From Chitinophaga pinensis (lineage in GTDB: Bacteria > Bacteroidota > Bacteroidia > 2-12-FULL-35-15): 64,000 bases of DNA. Shown piece by piece: positions 53,035 to 62,044 of the stretch (the first letter of the stretch is position 1; every line of letters starts with the position of its first letter). Both the position numbers and the translations under genes were made by a program. Location of the stretch: the NCBI GenBank assembly GCA_945879015.1, contig CAMCUO010000009.1, forward strand, positions 6,444 to 70,443. Reading direction: 5' to 3'. The notes under the pieces are model-generated. The model did not search any database. It saw only the letters and a list, made by a program, of their open reading frames with translations, and was not told the origin of the DNA.

Positions 53035-54132
53035 TTACTCTACAATCACAATCTTTTTTGTTTCAGTTGTATTCGTATTTGAAATAGTAAAGAAATAATT
53101 TCCTGCTGAAAGACTTGATTTATCAAAGCTTAGTGAGTGTTTTCCTTTTGGTTGATTTTCATCAACAATTATTTTTACACTTTTTCCTGTTACATCAAAC
53201 AATTCAATTTTCACATTTCCTTGTTCAGCAATTTCATATTTTATTTCTGCTGTTTTAGTAATTGGGTTTGGAGAAACAGAAAACTGAAATGCATCCGTTA
53301 CGGATTCATTTATTGATGTTGCGCTACCAAAATAATAGTACGTTGTATTATTACCAGAACCGGAATTGGGAACACCCAATGTATCAGTCAAGGCATTATA
53401 AAAAATATCTGCTGGACTACTTAATCCCATTCCTGTACCTACTGCTGTTGTGGCCGCTGTAAAAGTATTGTCATAGCGAGTAATTCGTGTTGGACTCCAA
53501 GAAGAAAGATAATAATATGTCCCTGCGCCATCTTTTGTAATTCCATCTATGCTGCTTAGGCCACTTGAAGCCACCAAAGTAGTAACAGTAGAATCGTTCA
53601 AGGCAACCGCTTTAATTGCACCGGTCCACTGAACAAAAACACAACGGTTATTCGGTTGATCATAAATAATTCCATTCGGGCTCGAAAGACCTGTAGAAAC
53701 AAATGTAGTGAACAGCCTAGTGTTGGTGTTGAAGCGGAAAATTCTATTTGCACTGTAGTCAGTAACATAAAGATTTCCTGCTAAATCGTGTGTGATTCCG
53801 TTCAAAAAACTTGCACCAGTAATTACTTTACTAAATACCAGTGCTGCTGTATTAATATTATAAGCTCTCAAACTTCCTCCTGCACAAGCATAAAGTGTAT
53901 CACCAACAATTTCTAATCCGTGAGGGCCTCCTCCCGAAAAACCAGTTGATACAAAAACAGCTATCGCTCCTGTTGCACTATTGCGAGTTAATATATTATT
54001 TCCACCATTGTTGGCAATAAACCAGCGATTGTTGGCGTAGTCGAACTCTATGCTTTCTGGACTGTTATACGCTTGTGAAAACATTGTAGTTGTAAACAAT
54101 AGCGCACATAAAGAGGCGATTAATTTTTTCAT
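53035..54132 (-). CDS. Secreted six-bladed beta-propeller (SGL/NHL-like) protein with T9SS C-terminal sorting domain
   Basis: Signal MKKLIASLCALLFTTTMFSQA, propeller-like repeats (GPHGLEIVGDTLY, LNGITHDLAGNLYVTDY, SPNGIIYD, IDGITKDGAG) and a C-terminal sorting domain (FSVSPNPITKTAEIKYEI...GNYFFTISNTNTTETKKIVIVE). Confidence 0.75.
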   Translation of the reverse strand: MKKLIASLCALLFTTTMFSQAYNSPESIEFDYANNRWFIANNGGNNILTRNSATGAIAVFVSTGFSGGGPHGLEIVGDTLYACAGGSLRAYNINTAALVFSKVITGASFLNGITHDLAGNLYVTDYSANRIFRFNTNTRLFTTFVSTGLSSPNGIIYDQPNNRCVFVQWTGAIKAVALNDSTVTTLVASSGLSSIDGITKDGAGTYYYLSSWSPTRITRYDNTFTAATTAVGTGMGLSSPADIFYNALTDTLGVPNSGSGNNTTYYYFGSATSINESVTDAFQFSVSPNPITKTAEIKYEIAEQGNVKIELFDVTGKSVKIIVDENQPKGKHSLSFDKSSLSAGNYFFTISNTNTTETKKIVIVE

Positions 54133-54140
54133 TGTGTTTT

Positions 54141-54353
54141 TTAGCTTTTAGTGATTTTTTCTAATTCCATTCCGCAAACCGTGCATGTGCCCGGTTTATC
54201 TAATATTTCCTCCGTGCATTTCATTGGACACTGGTATTGTTCTTTTGCTGTTTCAATAGGTCCTTCTTGCTTCTTTTCTGCGCTACCACACGAAACAAAA
54301 GTTGTTGACACCAAAGCAATTACGGTAAAAAGTAAAAAGGCTTGCTTTTTCAT
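54141..54353 (-). CDS. Small lipoprotein consisting of a single heavy-metal-binding domain (HMBD, CxxC...CxxC)
   Basis: 70 aa. Lipobox TFVSCGS. YQCPMKCTEEILDKPGTCTVCGMELEK matches the YxCPMH....PGxCPxCGMxL pattern found at the N-termini of Bacteroidota metal-efflux proteins. Confidence 0.7.
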   Translation of the reverse strand: MKKQAFLLFTVIALVSTTFVSCGSAEKKQEGPIETAKEQYQCPMKCTEEILDKPGTCTVCGMELEKITKS

Positions 54354-54470
54354 TTGATAAAAAATTATTAATTATTCACTAAATTACATATTTTTATGAG
54401 CGAATGAAATAAAATTGAAACTAATAATTATATTTGTCGTTAACATACACGCAAAACACATTTGTCTATA

Positions 54471-54746
54471 ATGAAAAAACTAATTTTTTTACTTTTATTC
54501 TGTTTGGGATTAAGCTCATTTGGGTTTTCTCAGGCGGCAGGAAAAGGTGGTGCAGAAAAGGGGTCTGAATCAAAAGTAAAACCTCGCGGACAGATGCGTC
54601 ACTTTGAAAAAAGAAAGCGCGATCCAAAGATGAAGCACAACGGCACAACATATAAAAAGAAAAAATCAGAACACAAAGTTGATGGAGATGGCTTTAGCAA
54701 CTCTCCTAGCAAGGGCAGAAGAAGATTATTTAAAAGGAAGAAATAA
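54471..54746 (+). CDS. Small secreted, highly basic protein (hypothetical)
   Basis: MKKLIFLLLFCLGLSSFGFSQA signal, then a K/R-rich low-complexity tail. A strong terminator follows. Confidence 0.5.
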   Translation: MKKLIFLLLFCLGLSSFGFSQAAGKGGAEKGSESKVKPRGQMRHFEKRKRDPKMKHNGTTYKKKKSEHKVDGDGFSNSPSKGRRRLFKRKK

Positions 54747-54760
54747 ATTTTCATATAAAA

Positions 54761-54788
54761 ATCCCTACTCAAACGAGTAGGGATTTTT
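54761..54788. terminator. Rho-independent terminator (bidirectional)
   Basis: Perfect 9-bp stem TCCCTACTC / GAGTAGGGA, loop AAAC, with an A-run before and a T-run after. Confidence 0.8.
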
Positions 54789-54810
54789 ATATTTAGAATA
54801 CTAACTTTAA

Positions 54811-55251
54811 TTACCGAATTGCGAACTCCGCATTAATAGAATAATTGAGTTTTATTGTTTTATCACCGATTGTGCTTCCCGCTCCAAAACTTTCACCTAA
54901 GTCAGAATAGCCAGACCCACCATACGATTGCGATATTATGTTAGAAATTTTTCCACGGTAATTACTTTCTCTTCCGTTATCATATGTTCCATCGTTCACA
55001 GAAACAAATCCTGTTTTTCTTCTACACAAATTGCTTTGCCAACTTTTTCTCCAATCGCTCTTATATTGTAAACTTCTTTTTGTCTTTATTAATGTATTCT
55101 CGAAGTATAACCGACATGTAAATTTCAGCTCGAACAATTTCCAATTAGGCCGATCCTATTACTTTAATACTGCGTTCTTCTTGTGTTTCTTGTGCTTTTG
55201 TTGTAAAAGTAAATGCCCAAATTACGGAAAGGATAAAGATTGTTTTTTCAT
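54811..55251 (-). pseudogene. Degraded SIMPL/DUF541-like periplasmic protein gene (multiple frameshifts and in-frame stops)
   Basis: Own translation from the ATG at 55251 gives MKKQSLSFP*. Shifted frames continue with FILSVIWAFTFTTKAQETQEERSIKVIGSA*, then LEIVRAEIYMSVILREYINKDKKKFTI*ERLEKKLAKQFV*. These pieces resemble the N-terminus of SIMPL-domain proteins. The 108-aa track ORF (54811-55137) is probably an out-of-frame remnant. Confidence 0.45.
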
Positions 55252-55263
55252 GTTTTATGCTTT

Positions 55264-56082
55264 TTAATTGTGTGAACTGCTCCAAAGATCAACGTTGATC
55301 TGTGATTCTAAATTGTTTTCAATTGCATCAGGAAGTGCTGGAAAAAAATTAATTTGTGTTAAACGTTCTACCGAATCGATGCTTACAGCAAAATCAAAAA
55401 TGCTTTGTTTACTTCCTTCGTTAGGCATTATAAAAGCAATTCCTTTTTTTTCTTTCCCATATACATCCAATATAATTTTATAATAATATTTTGGAATAGC
55501 TACTTTGTTTTTTTCTCCAATAGTTGGCAAACCCTTTTCTAAAACACCTGCCGTTACAATAAATAGCTCCTCTTCTTTTTTTGCCCAAGTACGCACCGCC
55601 GATTCTAACGTTTTCCAAATGCCTCGGTTGAACTTTGGTGTTTGCGGACTCATATTACTCATATAAAAAGATTCGCTCATGGCAATTTCACTCCAGGCCA
55701 TGTCTCCTGCCGGACAAAGATGTCCACGATCATAACCCGATTTTTTATAATCCTCTGGAATAGCTGAGCCCGTTTTAATTGCTTTGTCTTCACGAAAATC
55801 ATCTGTTCTTTCTTCCTCGTTATTATTGCACATTCCTGCTGTCAATCTGTAGGCAACCCATTTTGCTTGTTCATAGTTTTCGTCATAACAAAGAGTATAG
55901 CCAAGATGCTTCACCACTTGTTCTTTTTTTTTAAATTTTGGGTAGAACGTTTTTGCGAAATTTCTAATACTGTCAGAACTTATTAGTTTATCAAGAATTT
56001 CTGGTGATCTCTTTTTTACAGAGTTAAAATTCCCGACATAAAAAACAACAAAAAGTGGGAGGAATATCCTTATAAATAGCAT
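55264..56082 (-). CDS. DNA/RNA non-specific endonuclease (EndoG/NucA family), membrane-anchored or secreted
   Basis: Active-site SGYDRGHLCPAGDM and downstream SNMSPQTPKFNRGIW. N-terminal hydrophobic anchor MLFIRIFLPLFVVFYVG. I prefer the ATG at 56082; the track start at 56133 is GTG and would overlap sixA. Confidence 0.82.
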   Translation of the reverse strand: MLFIRIFLPLFVVFYVGNFNSVKKRSPEILDKLISSDSIRNFAKTFYPKFKKKEQVVKHLGYTLCYDENYEQAKWVAYRLTAGMCNNNEEERTDDFREDKAIKTGSAIPEDYKKSGYDRGHLCPAGDMAWSEIAMSESFYMSNMSPQTPKFNRGIWKTLESAVRTWAKKEEELFIVTAGVLEKGLPTIGEKNKVAIPKYYYKIILDVYGKEKKGIAFIMPNEGSKQSIFDFAVSIDSVERLTQINFFPALPDAIENNLESQINVDLWSSSHN

Positions 56083-56123
56083 AACTTTACCTATATAATT
56101 TCTGTTTAAAGATAGTTTAAAAA

Positions 56124-56615
56124 ATGAAAACACTCTACCTTATTCGTCATGCAAAGTCTGATTGGTCAATCGGCTACGTTTCGGATATTGATCGCCCATT
56201 AAACGAAAGAGGATATAGTGATGCTCATACAATGAGCTTGATAGTTAAGGAGAAAAAAATTGTTCCTGATTTGATAATAAGCAGTCCCGCGGTTAGAGCA
56301 ATTTCAACAGCATTACTATTTTGCAGAATTTTAAATTACGACCCTAAATCAATTTTGATAAATAAAAATTTATACGACACATCTGCAAAAGAGTATATTC
56401 ACGCTATTTCTAAAATAGACAACAAACATAAAGTTGTTTTTTTATTTGGTCACAATCCCACAATTACAAATACGGCAAATGCATTAACCAATGCAATGAC
56501 TGAAGAAATGCCGACTTGTGCCATTGCAGGAATACAGTCTGATGTAAGTGATTGGGATGTTTTTAGCAAAAAAAACAATGGGTTAGTTTACTTCGATATT
56601 CCTAAAAATCACTAA
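56124..56615 (+). CDS. sixA: Histidine-phosphatase-superfamily protein (SixA-like phosphohistidine phosphatase)
   Basis: 163 aa: LYLIRHAKSDW (RHG motif) and FGHNP. Confidence 0.75.
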   Translation: MKTLYLIRHAKSDWSIGYVSDIDRPLNERGYSDAHTMSLIVKEKKIVPDLIISSPAVRAISTALLFCRILNYDPKSILINKNLYDTSAKEYIHAISKIDNKHKVVFLFGHNPTITNTANALTNAMTEEMPTCAIAGIQSDVSDWDVFSKKNNGLVYFDIPKNH

Positions 56616-56704
56616 TAGTGGTCGGTTAATAAATTGTTAAGGTTTGGTTACACTGTATATTGCGTCTATAGTTTTCAGACATTTAAATACTAAAACATAA
56701 AAAC

Positions 56705-56974
56705 ATGAACAAAAAAGAACTTCGCAAAGAGCTTGAACTTACTTTGGTAAAAACAATTGAAGAAGTGTTAAGTAAAAAAAACGCTGAGGCCTCCAAAAAA
56801 GGTCGTAAAACAACTTATGAAGCTAGCAAAACAATTGCAAAAAAGTTTTATAAGTCTTTGAAAGAAAAACCTAAAGCAAAACAAAAGCCTGCAGCAGAAA
56901 ACAAATCTAAGAACAAGCCTAAAACAAAGGCTCTTGCTGCACAATCAACAAAGAAAGCAAAAAGCAAAAAATAA
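56705..56974 (+). CDS. Small lysine-rich histone-H1-like protein
   Basis: 89 aa with a C-terminal tail KEKPKAKQKPAAENKSKNKPKTKALAAQSTKKAKSKK. It has no signal peptide and lies 34 nt upstream of ppk1. Confidence 0.6.
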   Translation: MNKKELRKELELTLVKTIEEVLSKKNAEASKKGRKTTYEASKTIAKKFYKSLKEKPKAKQKPAAENKSKNKPKTKALAAQSTKKAKSKK

Positions 56975-57008
56975 ATCCGTAAATTAGAGCTGTTATTTTT
57001 TGTGAGGT

Positions 57009-59069
57009 ATGACTAAGAAAGGTATAGTTTTAATCAATCGTGAATTAAGTTGGCTGGCTTTTAATGAACGTGTTTTGCAAGAAGCAGAAGACAAGACTGT
57101 TCCTCTTATTGAACGCTTAAAATTTCTAGGAATATATTCCAACAATCGAGATGAATTTTTTCGTGTTCGTGTTGCTACGCTTAAGCGTGTTGTAAAACAT
57201 CAAAAGAAAGCAGAAGAATTAATGGGCGAAAATCCTGTTCGTCTATTAGATAAAATTCAAAAAGCCGTAATTACTCAGCAAGAAAAATTTGAGCGCACTT
57301 ATCAGCTTATTATACGAGAATTAAAAAAACAGAACATCTCTATTTTAAATGAAAACCAACTTACACCTGTTCAAGGCGCTTTCGTAAAAAATTATTTTCA
57401 TGAAAAAGTAAAGTCTTCGCTTTTCCCAATCATGCTTGACAATACAGCTGCGTTTCCTTATTTAAAAGACCGTTTAGGATATTTAATTGTTAAGCTCGGC
57501 AGAAAAGATAAAAGCAAAAAAAATAAATTTGCCATTATCGAAGTTCCTACTGATAACATCTCTCGATTTTTGGTTTTGCCAAAAGACAAGGATAAAAATT
57601 TTATTATTTTACTAGACGATGTTATTCGTTTTTGTTTAGATGACATTTTTCAAAATTTTGAATACGATTATGTGAAAGCTTATAATATTAAGCTGACACG
57701 CGATGCTGAAATTGATATCGACAACGACCTTTCAAAAAGTTTTGTTGAAAAAATTTCAAAAGGCTTAAAGGCTCGCAAAAAGGGGCAACCTGTTCGATTG
57801 GTTTATGATAGCGCTATTGCTCCTGACATGTTAGACTTTGTTATGAAAAAAGTAAAGTTGGGAAAAGAAGACAATCCTATTCCAGGAGGACGCTATCATA
57901 ATTTCAAAGATTTTATTTCGTTCCCAAATGTTGGTCACCCCGATTTGAGTTATAAAAAAATCAACCCATTAAAACATCCCGATTTAAAAGATCAATCGTC
58001 AATTATCAAAGTAATTAAAAAGAAAGATGTTCTTCTTACTTATCCATATCAATCGTTTGATCATATTATTGATTTTTTACGCGAGGCTTCTATCGATCCG
58101 AAAGTTCAAAGCATAAAAATAACATTGTATCGAGTTGCAAAAAATTCTAGTATTGTTCAGGCTTTAATAAATGCTTTAAAGAACGGGAAACAAGTGACTG
58201 CCGTAATTGAATTGCAAGCAAGGTTTGATGAAGAGGCAAATATCTATTGGTCGGATAAACTCAAAGAAGAAGGCGCAAATGTAATTTATGGTGTACCAGG
58301 ATTAAAAATCCATTCCAAAATGTTTTTGATTTCTAGAAAGGAATCTGGAATAATCAATCATTATGCTCATATCGGAACAGGCAATTTTAATGGCGATACA
58401 GCAAGAGTTTATACCGATCATACATTGCTTACATCCGACAATCAAATTACCGAAGAAGTAGAAAAGGTCTTCAATTTTTATTCTGATAACTTTAAAGGTG
58501 GCACCTATAAGCATTTATTGGTTTCTCCATTTTATATGCGTAAGCGTCTTTATCAACTTATTAACAAAGAAATTCAACATGCAAAAGCTAACAAGCCTGC
58601 TTCTATTTTTTTAAAACTAAATAATTTAGTCGACCCAGACATGATTCATAAATTGTATGAAGCAAGTTCAGAAGGGGTAGAAATAAAATTAATTGTAAGA
58701 GGAATTTGTTCATTGGTGGCAGGCTTAAAAGGCTTGAGTGAAAACATTGAAGCAATTAGTATTGTAGATAAATACTTAGAACACAGCAGAGTGTTCATAT
58801 TTCATAACAAAGGGAAAGAGAAATACTTTATATCTTCGGCCGACTGGATGACAAGAAACTTAGACCATCGTTCAGAAGTAGCTGTTCCAATTTATGATGA
58901 AATAGTTCAAAAACAATTAAAATCACTTATGGACGCGCTTTGGTCTGATAATAAAAAAGCTCGAATGTTAGGAAGTACACAAAACAATGAATATCGTATT
59001 ACAAGTGATAAAGTGAAAGTTCGTTCACAAGAAAAAATAGTTCATATGCTAAGATCAACCAGAAGATAA
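57009..59069 (+). CDS. ppk1: Polyphosphate kinase 1
   Basis: 686 aa. N-terminal NRELSWLAFNERVLQEA, and two PLD-like HxK motifs (KIHSKMFLI, EHSRVFIF). Confidence 0.93.
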   Translation: MTKKGIVLINRELSWLAFNERVLQEAEDKTVPLIERLKFLGIYSNNRDEFFRVRVATLKRVVKHQKKAEELMGENPVRLLDKIQKAVITQQEKFERTYQLIIRELKKQNISILNENQLTPVQGAFVKNYFHEKVKSSLFPIMLDNTAAFPYLKDRLGYLIVKLGRKDKSKKNKFAIIEVPTDNISRFLVLPKDKDKNFIILLDDVIRFCLDDIFQNFEYDYVKAYNIKLTRDAEIDIDNDLSKSFVEKISKGLKARKKGQPVRLVYDSAIAPDMLDFVMKKVKLGKEDNPIPGGRYHNFKDFISFPNVGHPDLSYKKINPLKHPDLKDQSSIIKVIKKKDVLLTYPYQSFDHIIDFLREASIDPKVQSIKITLYRVAKNSSIVQALINALKNGKQVTAVIELQARFDEEANIYWSDKLKEEGANVIYGVPGLKIHSKMFLISRKESGIINHYAHIGTGNFNGDTARVYTDHTLLTSDNQITEEVEKVFNFYSDNFKGGTYKHLLVSPFYMRKRLYQLINKEIQHAKANKPASIFLKLNNLVDPDMIHKLYEASSEGVEIKLIVRGICSLVAGLKGLSENIEAISIVDKYLEHSRVFIFHNKGKEKYFISSADWMTRNLDHRSEVAVPIYDEIVQKQLKSLMDALWSDNKKARMLGSTQNNEYRITSDKVKVRSQEKIVHMLRSTRR

Positions 59070-59071
59070 TT

Positions 59072-59968
59072 TTGAAATTTGCAGCTATTGATATAGGCTC
59101 TAATGCCGTTCGATTATTGTTTTGTAATGTTTACGAAGACAATGGCAAAACGTATTTTAAAAAGGCAGAATTAATTCGTGTGCCCATTCGTTTGGGCGAA
59201 GATTCTTTTCTTCATAAAAAAATTTCCACAAAAAAAGCCGACAAATTAGTTACTGCCATGAAAGCGTTTAAACATTTGATCGATGTTTACGATGCTGTTG
59301 ATTATCGTGCATGTGCAACTTCGGCTATGCGAGATGCAGAAAACGGATATGATGTTGTTGCTCGTGTTAGAAAAGAAGCAGGAATAAAAATTGAAATCAT
59401 AGACGGAAAAACAGAGGCAGATATTATTTTTTCCAATCACATAGAAGAACATTTAGACAAAGCGAATAACTATTTGTATGTTGACATTGGTGGCGGAAGC
59501 ACAGAAATAACTTTATTCTCTAAAAACAAAGTAGTGGTTTCTCAATCTTTTAATGTTGGGACTATACGAATGCTGCACGAACAGATCGACAAAGAATATT
59601 GGAGTTATTTTAAAAACTGGGTGAAAGAACAAACAAGTGGCTACAAGCCTCTTATTGCAATTGGTTCGGGTGGAAACATTAACAAACTTTTTAAAATGAT
59701 AGGTAGAAAACCAACCAAACCTATCTCTACTTTAAAAATAAAAAATCTCTACGAAGTGCTCGAATCGTATACATACGAAGAGCGCATGCAAGTATTTGGC
59801 TTAAACCCTGATCGCGCCGATGTAATTATTCCAGCCTCAAAAATCTTGTTGAGCGTATTAAAGAAAGCGGAAATAGAAAAGATCATCGCCCCTCAAATTG
59901 GGCTTTCCGATGGAATGGTGCATTTATTATACGAAAAATATTTGGAGAAAAAAGCGGAGAAGGTATAA
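59072..59968 (+). CDS. ppx: Exopolyphosphatase (Ppx/GppA family, short two-domain form)
   Basis: AAIDIGSNAVRL and DIGGGSTE ASKHA phosphate-binding motifs. TTG start 2 nt after the ppk1 stop. Confidence 0.88.
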   Translation: MKFAAIDIGSNAVRLLFCNVYEDNGKTYFKKAELIRVPIRLGEDSFLHKKISTKKADKLVTAMKAFKHLIDVYDAVDYRACATSAMRDAENGYDVVARVRKEAGIKIEIIDGKTEADIIFSNHIEEHLDKANNYLYVDIGGGSTEITLFSKNKVVVSQSFNVGTIRMLHEQIDKEYWSYFKNWVKEQTSGYKPLIAIGSGGNINKLFKMIGRKPTKPISTLKIKNLYEVLESYTYEERMQVFGLNPDRADVIIPASKILLSVLKKAEIEKIIAPQIGLSDGMVHLLYEKYLEKKAEKV

Positions 59969-60199
59969 TCAACTTTTGTTGAACACATAGAAAAAAACTC
60001 ATTCTTGTAGATACTTTTTCCACTCCTCCGATTCAGCAAACTTCTTTATTATTTGATTTCGATGTTGCAAAAAGCGTTTCATGTAATTTGTAAGGACTAA
60101 AAAATTAAAGTGCTATTAGATTTTATCAATTGTTAATCGAATTGTTTGCATTTTTAATTCGTTTTTAATCTGCTAAATTTGAATCTTATAAAACAAAAA

Positions 60200-60238
60200 C
60201 GGTATCAAAACCAGAATTTGGCTGAGATACCGTTTTTG
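60200..60238. terminator. Possible terminator hairpin in the ppx / anti-sigma-like convergent spacer
   Basis: Stem CGGTATC / GATACCG with a large 19-nt loop, flanked by A-run and T-run. Confidence 0.35.
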
Positions 60239-60426
60239 TTTTAATTCCTATTGGAGTAGCAACAGGTTTCAAAATATTTTAAAAAATTGGAGACACCGGC
60301 AACAAAAATCGCGTATGTAGTGGTGGTAGAGCTAAAAACAGGATTAATATTTTTGAATTTCTTTTTGTTTGACGTTGGACCAAACTAAAAAAACTCTTCC
60401 CGATGCCCCAATTTTATTTTGCTTTT

Positions 60427-61383
60427 CTATCTTGATAAATTAATTTTTCCTTTTTTCTCATAGGTCTTTCCATCCTTTCCGATGGCAGAAACGATGTAAT
60501 AATAAATTCCTTCTTGTGCTTTTTTACCATTTGGTGTTTTGCCATCCCACTTTCCATCTGTCCCAGAATAATCATAAACTACGTTTGCATTTTTGTCCAC
60601 AATCATAATGGTATATCTTTCTACGTTTACACGATTAAAAACAAATAAATCATCTTTCCCATCTCCATTTGGAGAAAATTCTGACGGAGTAGTAATAGAT
60701 GAATTTGCTAAGGCTTCTACTTTAATACTATCAACCGCTGTTTTTCCATCTGAGCTTATTGAAGTAAGGGTAATGGTATAAATTCCTGGCTCATCAAAAT
60801 ATTTTACTGGTTCAGCACCTGTCATTGGTTTTGTTCCATCATTAAATGTCCATTTGTTTATTTTTCCGCTTCCTAAATTTGAAAGACTAATAATCAAAGG
60901 AACGGCTCCACCAACACAACTAGAAGAAATAGAAGCAATACGATTATCTGATATTAATGCTTCAATCGCTTTTTTGTCTTTTTTAATTACAGGTATTTTA
61001 ATTGGTACTATTTCATTCTTAACAACTGCCGGAGTTTCTTTTACTACAGCTTTTTCAGGTGTTAAAAATAATTTTATTTCATCCGCACTCGGTTTCACTA
61101 CTTCAGATACAACTTTTAGCTGAACTACTTTTTTAGGTTCTGCTGTTTTTGTTTCTGTTTTTGTTCCATTCATCACAAATACTGTAGCAATAATAGCAGC
61201 AGCAGAAGACACGATTGAAATAACGGCGCTTGAACCAAGTTTGTTTAAAAGCATTTTGCCTAACAACCCTAAGCTAAAACCTTTCAATGCGGTTTGAACG
61301 TTTTTCCAAACAGTTGGGTTAACGTCCGCCTCAAAGTTTTCAAAGGACTCTTTAAACAAATCTTCTAAATTATCTTTCTTCAT
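60427..61383 (-). CDS. Anti-sigma-like single-pass membrane protein with PKD-like domain and T9SS type B (CHU_C / gliding-associated) C-terminal sorting domain
   Basis: The N-terminus MKKDNLEDLFKESFENFEADVNPTVWKNV is typical of ORFs downstream of Bacteroidota ECF sigmas. TM at SSAVISIVSSAAAIIATVFVM. PKD-like WTFNDGTKPMTGAEPVKYFDEPGIYTITLTSISSDGK. C-terminus FSPNGDGKDDLFVFNRVNVERYTIMIVDKNANVVYDY....WDGKTPNGKKAQEGIYYYIVSAIGKDGKTYEKKGKINLSR. Confidence 0.75.
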   Translation of the reverse strand: MKKDNLEDLFKESFENFEADVNPTVWKNVQTALKGFSLGLLGKMLLNKLGSSAVISIVSSAAAIIATVFVMNGTKTETKTAEPKKVVQLKVVSEVVKPSADEIKLFLTPEKAVVKETPAVVKNEIVPIKIPVIKKDKKAIEALISDNRIASISSSCVGGAVPLIISLSNLGSGKINKWTFNDGTKPMTGAEPVKYFDEPGIYTITLTSISSDGKTAVDSIKVEALANSSITTPSEFSPNGDGKDDLFVFNRVNVERYTIMIVDKNANVVYDYSGTDGKWDGKTPNGKKAQEGIYYYIVSAIGKDGKTYEKKGKINLSR

Positions 61384-61391
61384 TTTTTGTA

Positions 61392-61919
61392 TTATCTATC
61401 TATTGGTATAATTTTCTGTAAATGTGCTTTTGCCCTTGAGTATTGTGATTTAGAAGTGCCTTCTGAAATATTAAGCATTTCTCCTATCTCTTTATGTGAA
61501 TAACCCTCAATAGCATAAAGGTTAAAAACCGTTTTAAATCCAACAGGTAGTGATTGTATAATCTTTAAAAGATCCTTGGTCGCAAAACTGTCGTTTGTAT
61601 GTATATTAGATGGAAGCATAAATTCTACACTATCCAGCTCAATGTTTTGTTTTAATTTTTTGTTTTTACGAATATTGGTAAGTGCTGTGTTTACCATAAT
61701 CTTTCTAACCCAACCTTCTAAAGAACCTGTCCCTTTAAAGGACTCAATATTTTCAAAAATGCTAATAAATGCATTTTGTACTACATCTTCTGCTTCTTCT
61801 GTACTATCGCAATATCTTAGGCAAACACCCATCATCTTGCGAGAGAATTTTTCGTACAAGTTCTTCTGAGCAATTGCATTCTTATCGATGCACCCTTTTA
61901 CTATTTGCTCATCAGTCAT
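61392..61919 (-). CDS. ECF-type RNA polymerase sigma-70 factor
   Basis: 175 aa. Region 2 (EDVVQNAFISIFENIESF) and region 4 HTH (EGYSHKEIGEMLNISEGTSKSQYSRAK). Confidence 0.9.
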   Translation of the reverse strand: MTDEQIVKGCIDKNAIAQKNLYEKFSRKMMGVCLRYCDSTEEAEDVVQNAFISIFENIESFKGTGSLEGWVRKIMVNTALTNIRKNKKLKQNIELDSVEFMLPSNIHTNDSFATKDLLKIIQSLPVGFKTVFNLYAIEGYSHKEIGEMLNISEGTSKSQYSRAKAHLQKIIPIDR

Positions 61920-62044
61920 AATCGATTTCTAGTGTATAGACGCAAAGTTGCATTATTTGGTTGCATGGATAATGTTTTTTTTAGTTTTTATCAACAAATC
62001 TTTATTTATCCATAAATCAATAGCACTTTTGGGGTATGGCAAAG

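Noticed and set aside
54811-55137. 108-aa ORF as a genuine CDS
   Set aside because: It has no signal peptide or start context. The upstream sequence carries the true start and signal peptide in other frames, so it is better explained as part of a frameshifted pseudogene.
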